Shown: in pieces, positions 10,969 through 22,027 of the stretch
How positions within the stretch are numbered: position 1 is the stretch's first letter
How the letters are laid out: each line of letters begins with the position of its first letter
Assembly: GCF_000281045.1 (NCBI RefSeq)
Contig: NW_008246092.1
Location: 146,853-210,852 of the forward strand
Direction of reading: 5' to 3'
DNA length: 64,000 nucleotides
Origin: Saprolegnia diclina VS20
Taxonomy: Eukaryota
The notes under the pieces: generated by a model
What the model was told of the DNA's origin: nothing
What the model saw: the letters and a program-made list of their open reading frames with translations, nothing else
The model's database searches: none
Made by a program: the position numbers and the translations under genes

Positions 10969-12420
10969 ATGAAGTGGCTCTGGAGCATGGCAGCCCTTGC
11001 GGCGTCAGCCGTGCGCGGCGACAGCTCGTGGAGCTTGCAGATGGACGAGGCGAACCTCACGTTCCACGGCAGCCTCCAAGACGCCCCGGTCGCCGACAGC
11101 TTTTGCGACTCGACCAAGCAGCTCAGCGGCTACTTCAAGATCGACGGCTCCAAGAGCAAGAACTACTTTTACTGGTTCTTCGAGTCGCGCGATGCGCCCA
11201 AGGACGACCCGGTCATCATTTGGCTCACGGGCGGCCCCGGCTGCAGCTCGATGCTCGCGCTCCTCGGCGAGAACGGGCCGTGCTCGGTCAACGACGACCT
11301 CTCGCTCAAGCGCAACCCGTACTCGTGGAACGCCAAGGCGAACATCATGTGGATCGACCAGCCCGCGGGCGTCGGCTTTAGCTACGGCGACAAGAGCGAG
11401 TACGACACGGACGAGTCCATGGTCGGCAACGACATGTACCACTTTCTCCAAGCCTTCTTCGCCGCGCACCCCGAGTACGCCTCGAACGCGTTCTACGTCT
11501 TTGGCGAGAGTTACGCAGGCCATTATGTCCCAGCAGTCGCTCATCGTATCTACAGCGGCAACAAGGAAGGCTCGTCGCCCAAGATCAACCTCAAGGGCAT
11601 TGGCATCGGGAACGGTCTCACGTCGCCCGAGGTTCAGTACCAGTACTACCCGGAAATGGCCTACCACAACACGTACGGCGTCAAGGCCGTGCCCGAGGCC
11701 GTGTACCAGACGATGAAGGCGGCTGTGCCCAAGTGCACGCAGCTCATCGACCTCTGCCAAAAGATGAAGGTCGCGTGCTTGGTCGCGCAGGTGTTTTGCA
11801 ACGCTGCGCTCGTCTCGCCGTACCAGCTCTCGGGCTTGAACGTCTACGACATTCGCGAAAAGTGCGCGCACTTTCCCATGTGCTACGACTTTGGCGCGAT
11901 CGAGAAATTTTTGAATCTGCCATCGACGCGCCAAGCGCTGCATGTGAGCGAGAAGAGCGCCAAGTGGGCGTCCTGCAACATGGAGGTCCACGCGGGCTTT
12001 TCGTTTGACTGGATGCGCAACTTTGACCAGCTTGTGACGCCGATGGTCGAAGACCACATCGACGTGCTCGTGTACGCGGGCGACGCGGACTTCATCGTCA
12101 ACTGGATGGGCTGCAAGGCGTGGACGGTCGCGCTCGACTGGAAGTACAAGACGCAGTTTGCCGGCCAAGAGGACGTCGACTGGGTCGTCGACGGCCAGAA
12201 AGCCGGGAAGGTCCGCAGCGTCCAAGGCCTCACGTTCCTTCAGGTGTTCAACGCCGGCCACATGGTGCCGATGAACCAGCCGGCCAACTCGCTGGCGATG
12301 CTGGAAGAGTTCATCAAGGACGGCAAGCCGACCTTTGCGCAGCACCACGAAAAGAAGACAAAGGCGCACCACTTGCACGCCAAGACGGACGCCGAAATGG
12401 ATTTCCTCTATCACCATTGA
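10969..12420 (+). CDS. Secreted serine carboxypeptidase (family S10)
   Basis: Signal peptide MKWLWSMAALAASAVRG; motifs WLTGGPGCSS, DQPAGVGFSY, GESYAG, GDAD, AGHMVP. Intronless. Confidence 0.95.
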   Translation: MKWLWSMAALAASAVRGDSSWSLQMDEANLTFHGSLQDAPVADSFCDSTKQLSGYFKIDGSKSKNYFYWFFESRDAPKDDPVIIWLTGGPGCSSMLALLGENGPCSVNDDLSLKRNPYSWNAKANIMWIDQPAGVGFSYGDKSEYDTDESMVGNDMYHFLQAFFAAHPEYASNAFYVFGESYAGHYVPAVAHRIYSGNKEGSSPKINLKGIGIGNGLTSPEVQYQYYPEMAYHNTYGVKAVPEAVYQTMKAAVPKCTQLIDLCQKMKVACLVAQVFCNAALVSPYQLSGLNVYDIREKCAHFPMCYDFGAIEKFLNLPSTRQALHVSEKSAKWASCNMEVHAGFSFDWMRNFDQLVTPMVEDHIDVLVYAGDADFIVNWMGCKAWTVALDWKYKTQFAGQEDVDWVVDGQKAGKVRSVQGLTFLQVFNAGHMVPMNQPANSLAMLEEFIKDGKPTFAQHHEKKTKAHHLHAKTDAEMDFLYHH

Positions 12421-12473
12421 GCCCGAGTAGATCCTCGTCGGGTTAATCATAATGCAAGCCGCCCGTGGATGGC

Positions 12474-14938
12474 TCAGAGCGTCACACTTGAGCAAAATGG
12501 CGTCGTGAGTATCATCATGCATCGGAGAGAGACTCGAGCTCCGACATGGCGATGGTCGCAGGAGATGTACCTGCGGTCATGACCATCGTGATACGGTCGC
12601 CGTCGCGAACTTCGGTCCACTTGGAGCCGAGTCGCATGTAAAACGACGTAAAACCTTGGTGATTGGCTTTTCCCTACACGAACCATACAAGCATTTTGCA
12701 ACGAAAGATTGCAGCGTACCGTCTGCACGAGCAGTTGGCGGTAAATGTGGTAGTGCAGAATCTCCTGGACCTGCCCGCGCGAGTGTCCGTGCTCCTTGGC
12801 GCAACCACTACCGGGAATGTTGTTCGCCCCACCCCGCTTCTTCTTGGGCAGCTGCCGACCCATGGCCAGGTTGACCATGTCCGTGAGCGTCAAAGCAACG
12901 TTCTTTTGCGTGCAGTATTGCACTAGCGCACCAACGACGCATGAGTGCGCTCAGGAAAGACGAGGTAGCGTACACATGGCCCAAAGCGCTCTTGACACCG
13001 CCGAGACGTCGACGACCACTGCCGCGTTTGGGGACGGATCGATCTTCTCGAGGCAGTTGTCGCAGGTGCCTAGGCAGTCGTCTTCGTCGAACGTCTCCCC
13101 AAAGTGCTTGAGCAGCATCGTCCGACGGCATGTTGTCTAGTCCCCGCATTATCGATCTCAAGCCACAGGGAGAGACATGGAGGATAACCTTGTTCTCGCA
13201 TAGCTCCATCATCTCGCGCACGTTGAGGGTGTGGATTTGACGGCTCTGCCCGGTACCGTCGCGAAGTAGTTGTTTTCGCCGTGTCTAGAATTGAGTCAGC
13301 ATGGCGGAATAGGACCAACACGCGAAGGTACAAAGTCTTCGTAAGCGTAGTAGACGATGCACTCGGCCGGTAGCCCGTCCCGGCCAGCGCGCCCCGACTC
13401 CTACTCATACCCCACGCATAAGTTCGTGAAGTAGCGTATGGTACCTACTTGGTAGTAGTGTGTGATGGACTGGGGCAGGCTGTGGTGAATCACGTAGCGC
13501 ACGTCAGGTTTGTTGATGCCCATGCCGAAAGCCACAGTTGCAATCATGAGCTTGATGTCGCCGCGACTCCAAGCGCGGTGGCGGTACGTCTTCTCGCTCG
13601 TCGAAAGCGCTGCGTGGTAGAACGAAATGGACCCAATTGCGCCGAGCTCCGTGGCCAACTCCTCGCAATCTTTTTGCGTCAAGCTACAACACCCATCATT
13701 CGCTACGCCTCCCGAGTACCAAGATGTACCAGTAAATGATGCCGCTTTCTTCAGCATGGGTTGCCACAAACGCTCGCAGCTCTTGAAGAAACTCCTCCGA
13801 CTTGACGACAAAGGCGTACGACAAGTTGGTGCTGCACAGTATTGTTTTGAGAATTGCGAAAATAAATTCAAGCTCCGCAACATACCGGTTGTAGCTGCTT
13901 CGCTGAATCCATGGCGCCGTCAAGTGGAGTGAGTCGATGATTTGCGTCTCAGTCTTGGCGCTCGCCGTCGCCGTTAACGCCATAATCGGGACCTAGGCAC
14001 CGTTGTGCTCTAGAATGCAATGACATAGAGACGATACACTTGAGTAGCTTGCACGCAGATGTCCAAGCGCAAGGTAATCTTTTCGAAAGTCGTGACCCCA
14101 CTGGTTGATGCAGTGGGCCTCGTCAATCACAAATCGCGCGAGCATGCCCGCGTCCGCGCTGAGCCGGAGCGCGCGCTTGAGGTTGGTCGAGCTCGCAATT
14201 GCCTCGGGCGTGACGTAGAGAAGCTTGAGCGTACACGAGGTCGACGCAATCTCGTCGAGTGTTGCGCCTTTGATCGAGGCCGACACGGCGCTTGTGAGCA
14301 TCTTGGCGTGGATGCCAAGCTTCTCAAGGTGGTGGATCTGGTCTTCGATGAGCGAGAGAAGAGGCGAGACGACGACGGTCACTCCAGCGTCCAAGCACGC
14401 GGGCAGTTGGTAGCAAAGGCTCTTCCCGGCCCCCGTTGGCATGAGGACAAACACGTCCCGACCTCGACCTGCCTCCTACGCTTCCAGCTCTGTCGCATCA
14501 TGTCCATACACATGAGTGCTGTACATGGATGGTCTCCAGTTGGCCTGGTCGGAAGGCGTCGTTCCCAAAGATATGCTGGAGCACGTGCAGGAGGGCCGCG
14601 TCCGTGTACCCAGCCCAGGCGCGGGGCGGTCGGACGTCCATCTTGGATCGAACGTTGCGGTCCTGGCGCTCTAAGTCGATATCTCCTGCGCGCTTCCATC
14701 GCGCCGTCGATGGGCCCTTGGTCGACCCGATGCTTCGAGGGACGCTGAAGGTCGACCTTGCCGGAGGCGCATGCACCGTCGGCTTGCTGAGGCTTATTGC
14801 CTGCGGAGGAGTCTCCTCTTCCTCGAGGGTAGGCAGACGCATGCTCGTCGCCTTGTCCACGGGCTCGGGAGCGCCTCCGAGGAGCGTGTGCTTGGCGACG
14901 AAGCGCGTCCGAGCCGTCGCCCACGCCCGTCGGTCCAT
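12474..14938 (-). CDS. RECQ: RecQ-family DNA helicase (BLM/Sgs1-like core plus RQC), multi-exon; 3' end approximate
   Basis: FRPGQ, MPTGAGKSLCYQLPA, IDEAHCINQWGHDFR, ALTATA, ATVAFGMGINKPDVRYVIH, GRAGRDG, RRTMLLKHFGE...CLGTCDNC. INR-like GAGCATTTCCAGATTTT just upstream of the ATG at 14938. Confidence 0.93.
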
Positions 14939-15036
14939 CGTCGGCGCGCGAAAATCTGGAAATGCTCCCATTGGCCAAAACACACGTGCATTGCGATTGG
15001 TTGAAAAACGATCTTTACGCATTTACTGCAGGACAA

Positions 15037-16647
15037 CTACACAGTCGGGATCGGTTCGGGCTCGGTCTCGACGGGGGACTCCTCAATGATAGCGTCCGCA
15101 GCGACCACTTCGTCGCTTGCCGATGGTTCTGTGGGTGGAAAGCAGCGCATGAGCACGATCGAGCAAGCATGCGCTTGCACTTGGGAGCCTTTGGGCTTGA
15201 GTTCTTCGAGCACGAGCTGGAGCTCCTCGGACATGCGGAGTACGTCGCGGAGGTGGTCCCGTTCGCAGAGGTGCATGAGGGTCACGGCAATGTACTGTTT
15301 TTGCATCGCAGAGCCATGACCGAGCGCTTTTTCAATGAGCTCGGCGTGGTGGGCCTCGAGCGACTCCTCAATGGCGGCCCAGACGCCGTCCGAGCCGCCG
15401 TCGGGTTGCAGCACGAGCGCTGGCGCAATGAACGAGAGCGCGCCCGCTGCATAGTCTTTTTGTAATTCGTCCATTTTCTCGTGGCAAAGCACGTGGATAA
15501 GGGCAACCCATCCGTTGGCGAGCGCAAACTTGATGGCGTATTTCGAGCGCTGGACGATGCCAAAGATCTTCTCGAGCGCATCAAACACGTCGTCGTACAC
15601 GTCCGTGTACAGCGTTGCAACAAGGTCTTCAAAGTTGGTCGTCATCGTTTCCGAGAGACTCACCTTGCGGTTCACGCTTGCATCCGCGCCCGCGGCGTCA
15701 TCGCTTGGAATCGGCTGGAGCGATCGCGACGCCGGCATCTCGCTCTGGCGTCGCTTGATCGCGTCACTGAGATTAGACGATACCGCAATGGGCACACTCG
15801 TGCGACGGTTGGTGGCGTCTTCTGGGTCCAAAGTTGGCGCATAGAGGTCCGGGTTGAAGCCCTGGAACTTGACAAAGTTGCCATTATTGCTCGCGGCGAC
15901 GTAAATGGGGAGGACGTTCAATCGCCCGGCCGTCGCAATCTCGAGGGCCACTTCATACTCGAGCAAGAGGTTGTCCTCATGGTGGTTTTGCGTCCGGTCC
16001 CGCGCTTTCTCGAGGCCCGCTTCCGAGACGAGCGCTACAAAGAGGTGCGAGTGGCCGAGGCCCCGTAAGAACCCGTCCTTCCATGGCTCAGCGTTCTTGA
16101 GCGACATACGATCCAGGAACGGTTCGTAGCCTTTCGTTTTCAGGTGCAAGTAGAGCTTTTCGGCCACCTCTTTTTCACTTGCGACGCGGTAGCTAATGAA
16201 ACAATCGTACTCGTCCTGGGCCGACACGGGCTTGACGAGTGGCACGATCTTGGCAACGACCGACGCGAGATCGTCAGGATCAATGAGGTGGATGCCTTGG
16301 TACGCAAAGAGCTGCGAGAGCACTTGAGCCGGGGCGAGAGACGGTGTACTCCGGTGTACCAAGATGCGCCCGTCGTTCATATCGAGCGACGAGGATGAGG
16401 ACGCAGTCGGCACCGTCTTGATTTTGGACAAGTGCAAGAGCAAAATCTTGCGGTGCAGCGCACTCGAGACGCCGAGGTCCACGAGGAGGTTGTCGAGGTC
16501 CGTGTCCGAGAGACGCTGGAGGATTGCACCGTCGACGCCGTTGCGCGTAAAGAGCGGCGCGTACTCGTGGTAGGCCTCGCCGAGCCGCTCGACTTCGGCG
16601 GCCACGTCGGCGGCGCTGAGCCCCTGAATCGATGCCCCGGCCCCCAT
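15037..16647 (-). CDS. N-myristoylation motif - SAM - TIR - ARM-like repeat protein (SARM1-like TIR)
   Basis: MGAGAS start; SAM-like YAPLFTRNGVDGAILQRLSDTDL...LGVSSALHRKILL; TIR YDCFISYR...FLDRMSL...FVALVS...DNLLLEYEVAL...NVLPIY; ARM-like GWVALIHVL...QKDYAAGALSFIA. Intronless. Confidence 0.85.
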   Translation of the reverse strand: MGAGASIQGLSAADVAAEVERLGEAYHEYAPLFTRNGVDGAILQRLSDTDLDNLLVDLGVSSALHRKILLLHLSKIKTVPTASSSSSLDMNDGRILVHRSTPSLAPAQVLSQLFAYQGIHLIDPDDLASVVAKIVPLVKPVSAQDEYDCFISYRVASEKEVAEKLYLHLKTKGYEPFLDRMSLKNAEPWKDGFLRGLGHSHLFVALVSEAGLEKARDRTQNHHEDNLLLEYEVALEIATAGRLNVLPIYVAASNNGNFVKFQGFNPDLYAPTLDPEDATNRRTSVPIAVSSNLSDAIKRRQSEMPASRSLQPIPSDDAAGADASVNRKVSLSETMTTNFEDLVATLYTDVYDDVFDALEKIFGIVQRSKYAIKFALANGWVALIHVLCHEKMDELQKDYAAGALSFIAPALVLQPDGGSDGVWAAIEESLEAHHAELIEKALGHGSAMQKQYIAVTLMHLCERDHLRDVLRMSEELQLVLEELKPKGSQVQAHACSIVLMRCFPPTEPSASDEVVAADAIIEESPVETEPEPIPTV

Positions 16648-16729
16648 GGCGCGGAAAGAGATTGTTGCCGGTTTTCCAACGCCCACTTAATTTTAGCGCC
16701 ATTTTCGTGTATTTATATATGCATGCCTC

Positions 16730-17318
16730 TAAATTTACCAACGCAGACAATACCGTAGACTTGTTGGACGCCGCGTATACGGCTGCGTTGCGCAATCGTC
16801 TGGACTGCTCGCAGCGTCTTCTCATGTAGGATGCACGCGGCCAGTTGATCTCGCGCGAGGTGGACGTGGCAGCTTCCTCAAGGATGTGACTCGAAGGATC
16901 CAACGGCAAGCTTTGTATCCGTGGGGCGAAACAACAGCAGCGGCCGTCACAAGGCTGGAGCTTCCATGCCTAGCCGATCTCGATGAGATTGGAATCCAAC
17001 GTGAGCCGTTGCCGTGTTGGTGGGATATATATTATAGTTATAGAGCTAGACCTGTAGCAAGCTCGCAAACGTGTCGTCGTCATTGTCGTCGAGGAGGCTG
17101 GGACTCGCATCATCGAGAGGAAAGTGTTTGTCAAAATGCTCAAAGAAGGAATCCGCCGAGTCGTCCGTGATGCTCTGTGGAGCCACTGTCGCTGGCGAAG
17201 AGTCTTTCGAATCAGTCTGCGTCTCGGCATCCACCTTCAAGCGAACCACCGACGTCGACGCGGCGCGCTTGAAGGAGCGGCGGAGCATGGTCTTGAGCAA
17301 GGTTGCGCGTGCGGTCAT
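16730..17318 (-). CDS. Small hypothetical protein (probably two exons)
   Basis: ORF 17046-17348 (MTARATLLKTMLRRSFKR...) ends at a CAG/GT site. Splicing to an AG near 16970 gives an open frame. No recognisable domain. Confidence 0.35.
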
Positions 17319-17569
17319 TGTGTGTGCAGGAATGGAAATGACGTGCAAAGGGACTCGTTATCGCGTAAAATCAATTCTCTCGTCCCGCTTTTCCCGTTGC
17401 CTTTGTCATCTTAACCTTCATCTTCGTACCATTCTACTGCTGTGTATGCTCAACTTGAGCTGTGTGTGGCGTTTGGCGATCTTCCACTGCACGCTGGTTG
17501 GCCGAATCATCCTGCGATGGGATTGGCCAAAACTCTCATAATTCATCCACCATCGCGGGACGCAAGCTC

Positions 17570-18722
17570 ATGACGTCGCTGCGCCTGATCGACATCGGCG
17601 CCAACCTCACGGACCCCATGTTCGTGGGCAACTACCGCGGGAAGCAGAAGCATGAGGTTCCTTCCATGTGCTCTCAAGGAGACGACGCTCATGGTGCTCG
17701 GTGCTAGAGCGACTTGCGCCAAGTCCTCGACCGCGCCTTCGCCAACCACGTCGAGAAGATCATCGTCACAGGCGGGTCGCTCTCCGAGAGCAAGGAAGCG
17801 CTGCGCCTCGCGCGCACACACGAGAAGCTCCACTGCACCGTTGGGGTAGGTGCTGTGGCAACACTCGCCTCTCACAAAACGATCTCTCCAGGTGCACCCG
17901 ACGCGCTGCAGCGAGTTCCTCGCGGACCCGGACGCCTACATGGCCGAGCTCACGCAGGTCTGTCGCGACGGCATGAGCGACAAGAAGGTCGTAGCCGTCG
18001 GCGAGTTTGGCCTCGACTATGACCGGCTCGAGTTTTGCCCCAAGGACGTCCAGCAAACATACTTTACGCGGCAATTTGAGCTCGCGCGCGCGACCAAGCT
18101 GCCGCTCTTTCTCCACAATCGCAACACGGGCTCGGACTTTACTGGTACGATCTCCTTGCGATTCTCTTACCTAGTATCGGCGACAAAGCTACCATGGCGT
18201 AGACATGATTCGCCGCCATCGCGATGACTTTACTGACGGCGTCGTGCACTCGTTCACGGGCTCGAAAGAGGAGGCGCAGGCGCTTCTGGACCTTGGTCTC
18301 TACATCGGTATCAACGGCTGCTCGCTCAAGACGGCCGAGAACCTCGACGTTGTCAAGATGATCCCGTCCGACCAGCTCATGCTCGAGACAGGTGCGCGCT
18401 TCTTTCCTCCTCACGTCGCCTCCAGGCTACTGTGATAGATGCACCGTGGTGCGACATTCGACCGACGCACGCCGGCTACAGCCACGTGCAGACGACGTTT
18501 CCGACCAAAAAGATGGAGAAATTCGTCCTCGGCGAGTGCGTCAAGGGCCGCAATGAGCCGTGCACCATGCTGTACGTCCCAGCTCTATGTCCTAGGATGT
18601 ACTAATTCTCATCGCTGTGCAGGCAAGTCCTCGAGGTTGTCAGTGGTGTCCGCGGCGACGACATCCATGAGCTGGCCGCGACCGTCTACGACAACACCCA
18701 GCGCGTGTTCTTTCGATCTTAG
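17570..18722 (+). CDS. TATDN1: TatD-family DNase (TATDN1-like), about 6 exons
   Basis: [70 protein letters not shown]. Confidence 0.95.
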
Positions 18723-18760
18723 CGTCCTTCACCGTGCTGGCCGTCAACTATCTGGTGGAT

Positions 18761-19290
18761 CGGACCACGCCATCTTGAGAAACAGAGTCATTTGGCCAAA
18801 AACTTTGGTCGAGAGTTGGCGCTGGTTCATTGTTGTGGCGTTGGTGCAGAGATGAAAGGCTAAGGAGCACCAAGTCGATGCTTGCATACCCAGCGTGGAC
18901 ATCGGCGAGCGCACTGCGCGCGTCTCAAAGGGGTCCATGAGCGTCTAGACCATCTGCACGCAGCTCGCGAGATTGCTCCAAGAGTCGGTGTAGTTGACGA
19001 GTGCGACAAACGCCGGCGAACCCGCGACAAGATGCTCCAGCTCTCGGTTCTGCGCGGCAACGTGCATGCTCCTTTGCATTGCGCTTTCGTTGAAAGGTAG
19101 ATATGAATGATGTGAAGAAAAATCGTATTTTGACTTGTTTTGGGTGAACAGTGACAGAGTTCATAAGCATAGCAAGGCGGATTTGAACCTTCGAGACGAG
19201 TGAGCTTGGCGCAGTCGCGGCGCAATATGGAGACAGCTGCCGATGGTCAACCATGTCCAAATCGTGGTGCTGGAGTTGGCTGAAAGAACG
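18761..19290 (-). pseudogene. Decayed partial duplicate of the BED-hAT gene (corresponds to ~20361-21135)
   Basis: 18761-18870 aligns with 20361-20464 (peptide LCTNATTMNQRQLSTKVFGQMT vs LCTNATTMNQRKLSTKVFGQMT), with indels and deletions further along. Confidence 0.85.
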
Positions 19291-19311
19291 ATTTTGGCAA
19301 AGTGCTGGTAG

Positions 19312-19520
19312 GATGCACATTCGACCGGCAACTACCACGTGCAGATGACGTTTCCAACGAAAAATGGAGAAATTTGTCCTCGGCGAGTGCGTCCAAGGTC
19401 ACAAGAAACCGTGTCATTTCAAAGTACTAACAGCGAATCGATCGACAGGCAAGTAGCTGAAGATGAGTAGTCCGCGGCGATTCCGTAACGAATCTACGAC
19501 ACCACTAATGTGTGATTCTA
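19312..19520 (+). pseudogene. Decayed duplicate of the TatD 3' exons (corresponds to ~18438-18720)
   Basis: ccacgtgcagatgacgtttccaacgaaaaatggagaaatttgtcctcggcgagtgcgtc closely matches 18482-18542; frameshifted. Confidence 0.85.
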
Positions 19521-19536
19521 AGCGATTTAAACAGAG

Positions 19537-21789
19537 CTAGACATAGGCGCCGACGATCTCGTCGACGTTGAAGCCGCAGTCGTTGCCGGTGGATACAATG
19601 GTCGGCATGAGCGCCGGGTCGCTCGGGCCCGTGGGTACCTTCCACACGTTGACCAAGTCGTGGTTGCTCAGATCAAACGTCATGCCTGCGAGGAGACTCA
19701 AGTCGGCGTTCGGGTCGTACTCGTCAGTCGGAATGTTCATGCCCCAGTCCTTCCCGAGCGTGTTGAGGTGCGCCTCGAGCGCGGCTTCGTCCAAGTGATA
19801 CGTCGGGTCTTCTTCGAACGCCGCCGCGGCCGCTTCGCACTGCGCGAGAATGTTGTCGGCTTGCGCGAGCACCGACGCCGCGCTGCTGCCGTCGTGGCCG
19901 GCCATCGGGTTGGTGAGTGCTTCCCGGGCCTCGTAGATCGACTTGAGCCGTGTGCACGTGGTTGCATAGTCGGTTGCGAGCTTGGTGCGCGGCGCCTCGA
20001 GCGCGGTGAGCGCATCCCACGCATCGTACTTGCTGTGGTCGGTCGAGACGGGCTGCATCTCGAGGAGCAAGACGCCGAGTTCGACGAGCTCGCCGTTTGG
20101 AAGCACCGAGAGCCAGCTGCGCGGCTCGACGCCAGACGTGAGAAACGTCCGCACATTGTAGACGCCTTCGCCCGTCCAGAGTTCGTGGAGGCCTTGGCCG
20201 AGCATACGCGCTTGGTGCTCCGACTTGCGCCGACGGCCCCAGAGCGTCAACGCCGTGCGCAGAATCGTCTGAAACTGGTGCCGCTGCAGCCCGCGCTTGT
20301 GGTACCGCGGGTGACAAAAGTACGCGAGGAGCCCGAGGCCATCGCCAATCTGGTTGATCTCCGACCACGCATTGTTGAGAAACGGCGTCATTTGGCCAAA
20401 CACCTTGGTCGAGAGCTTGCGCTGGTTCATCGTCGTCGCGTTCGTGCAGAGGCTAAGGAGCACCGCGTTGATGCTTGCGTAGCCAGCGTACACATCGGCG
20501 AGCGTCACGTCGTGCGTCTCGAAGAGGTCCATGAGCGTCTTGATCGGGCGCAGCACCTGGACGAGGCTCGCGAGGTTGCTCCAAAAGTCGGCGTGGTTGA
20601 CAAATGCGACCAAGGTTGGCGACGGCGCATACGACGTGCCGGCGCGGAAGGCTTTGATAAGAGTGTTTTTGATGCCGGTTTCGTTGACGTGCAGTGACGC
20701 CAGCGACAAGATGCAGTCGCTCCAGCTCTCGGCGCTGAGCGGCACGAGGCGGCAGCGGGGCACGTTCATCTGGAGCGCGCTTTCGTTGAGTAGGTGCATG
20801 GCCTCGTGCGACGACTCAAAGTACGCCAGCAGCGGGCCCGCGACCTGGAAGACATTGGTGAGGTCCGGGATCTTGAGCCATTCGTGCACGAGGTTGCTCG
20901 TGATCTGCGCCATGCAGCGCAGCGGCACGATCCACGGGTAGCTCTTCGCAATGTCGTGCGCAGCCGTGACGAGGTCGTGGTCGTTGTCGGTGCAGAGGCC
21001 AATGAAGCGCTCCGGTGAGATCTCGTTGATCGCCGACATGAGCAGCGACGTGGGCAAGGACGCGTCGGTCTGCTCGCTCGGGTACGCGACCATGTTCCAA
21101 ATGACTTCGACGCGGCTCTGGTTGGAGAAGACGACGCGCAGCACGCGCTGGTTGCCAACGTCCAAGAACGACGAAGGCGTGAGCGTGATACGGTTGAAGC
21201 CGTGGTGCACAAGCTCCTTGAGCTTGCTCGCTTCGGTCGCATACTGCTGCACAATCATGTTGCGCACGTCGTCGCTCGTCGACGGCTTGTACGCAGGGGA
21301 GATGCCCCGCAGCCACTCGCGAAAGTGCTTGTTCTCGATCGTCGCCGGCGGCAACTCGTTGCACACAAAGGCCTTGACCATGAGCACTTTCTCCGACTGG
21401 CCCGAGACGGCGATTGGCATCTTGTGCTTGAGGAGGTTCTTGGACGCTGCGTCGCGCAGGAGGAGCATCGAGCCCGTCATTGGCGACGAGAGCATCCCGC
21501 CGTCCGCGCTACCATCGCCGTCCTTGTCGCGCTTCCGGCGCTTGATCGGAGGGCCAATCTGCTCGGCGACAAGGCCGAGGCTGCGGATCTTGACCGGCAT
21601 GTCGCCCGGGCAGTCGGTCGCAATGTGCGACTTCATTTGCGCCAAATCGGCGTACTTCCACGAGCGCGTGCAGTAATTGCACTTGGCCGCACGCACGCGG
21701 CTGATGCCATGGCGCTCGCCCCGCGTAAAGTGCTCCCAGACCGGGTCCGACCGCGGCCCCGACCGGCCATCGCTGCCCGAGTGGTCCAT
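19537..21789 (-). CDS. BED zinc finger plus hAT/DUF659-type transposase-derived protein, probably domesticated
   Basis: VWEHF...KCNYC...MKSHIATDC (BED); AFVCNELPPATIENKHFREWL; GLCTDN; RCMAQ; LAYFCHPRY. Intact 750-aa ORF with no TIRs seen. Confidence 0.85.
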   Translation of the reverse strand: MDHSGSDGRSGPRSDPVWEHFTRGERHGISRVRAAKCNYCTRSWKYADLAQMKSHIATDCPGDMPVKIRSLGLVAEQIGPPIKRRKRDKDGDGSADGGMLSSPMTGSMLLLRDAASKNLLKHKMPIAVSGQSEKVLMVKAFVCNELPPATIENKHFREWLRGISPAYKPSTSDDVRNMIVQQYATEASKLKELVHHGFNRITLTPSSFLDVGNQRVLRVVFSNQSRVEVIWNMVAYPSEQTDASLPTSLLMSAINEISPERFIGLCTDNDHDLVTAAHDIAKSYPWIVPLRCMAQITSNLVHEWLKIPDLTNVFQVAGPLLAYFESSHEAMHLLNESALQMNVPRCRLVPLSAESWSDCILSLASLHVNETGIKNTLIKAFRAGTSYAPSPTLVAFVNHADFWSNLASLVQVLRPIKTLMDLFETHDVTLADVYAGYASINAVLLSLCTNATTMNQRKLSTKVFGQMTPFLNNAWSEINQIGDGLGLLAYFCHPRYHKRGLQRHQFQTILRTALTLWGRRRKSEHQARMLGQGLHELWTGEGVYNVRTFLTSGVEPRSWLSVLPNGELVELGVLLLEMQPVSTDHSKYDAWDALTALEAPRTKLATDYATTCTRLKSIYEAREALTNPMAGHDGSSAASVLAQADNILAQCEAAAAAFEEDPTYHLDEAALEAHLNTLGKDWGMNIPTDEYDPNADLSLLAGMTFDLSNHDLVNVWKVPTGPSDPALMPTIVSTGNDCGFNVDEIVGAYV

Positions 21790-22027
21790 TGGCCCGTACA
21801 CGGAAAAATCGTACAATACACCGCTAGTACTGACGCCACCCGTTCACGTCGTCTTCTTTTTATTGTATTACATACAAACACCAGGATACTATTTTATTTT
21901 AGAATGCCGTACATTCTCTCCCGGAAACGCCAGTACGGCCATGCGTACATTTGAACGAAAATTTTCAAACTTCCCGCTCGACTAAACGACTATGAAAACG
22001 ACTACAGGACCGGCTTTAGCGCAGACC

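Noticed and set aside
11005..12522. Long antisense ORFs (also 19660-20697, 48185-49738, 62344-63429 and others)
   Set aside because: Shadow frames from high GC3 codon bias opposite real genes; no recognisable motifs.
12474..21789. RecQ + TIR + TatD + transposase cluster as a prokaryote-like defence island or operon
   Set aside because: RecQ and TatD are intron-containing eukaryotic housekeeping types on mixed strands, and RecQ has its own CCAAT/INR promoter (~14950-15005). Adjacency is probably incidental unless synteny says otherwise.
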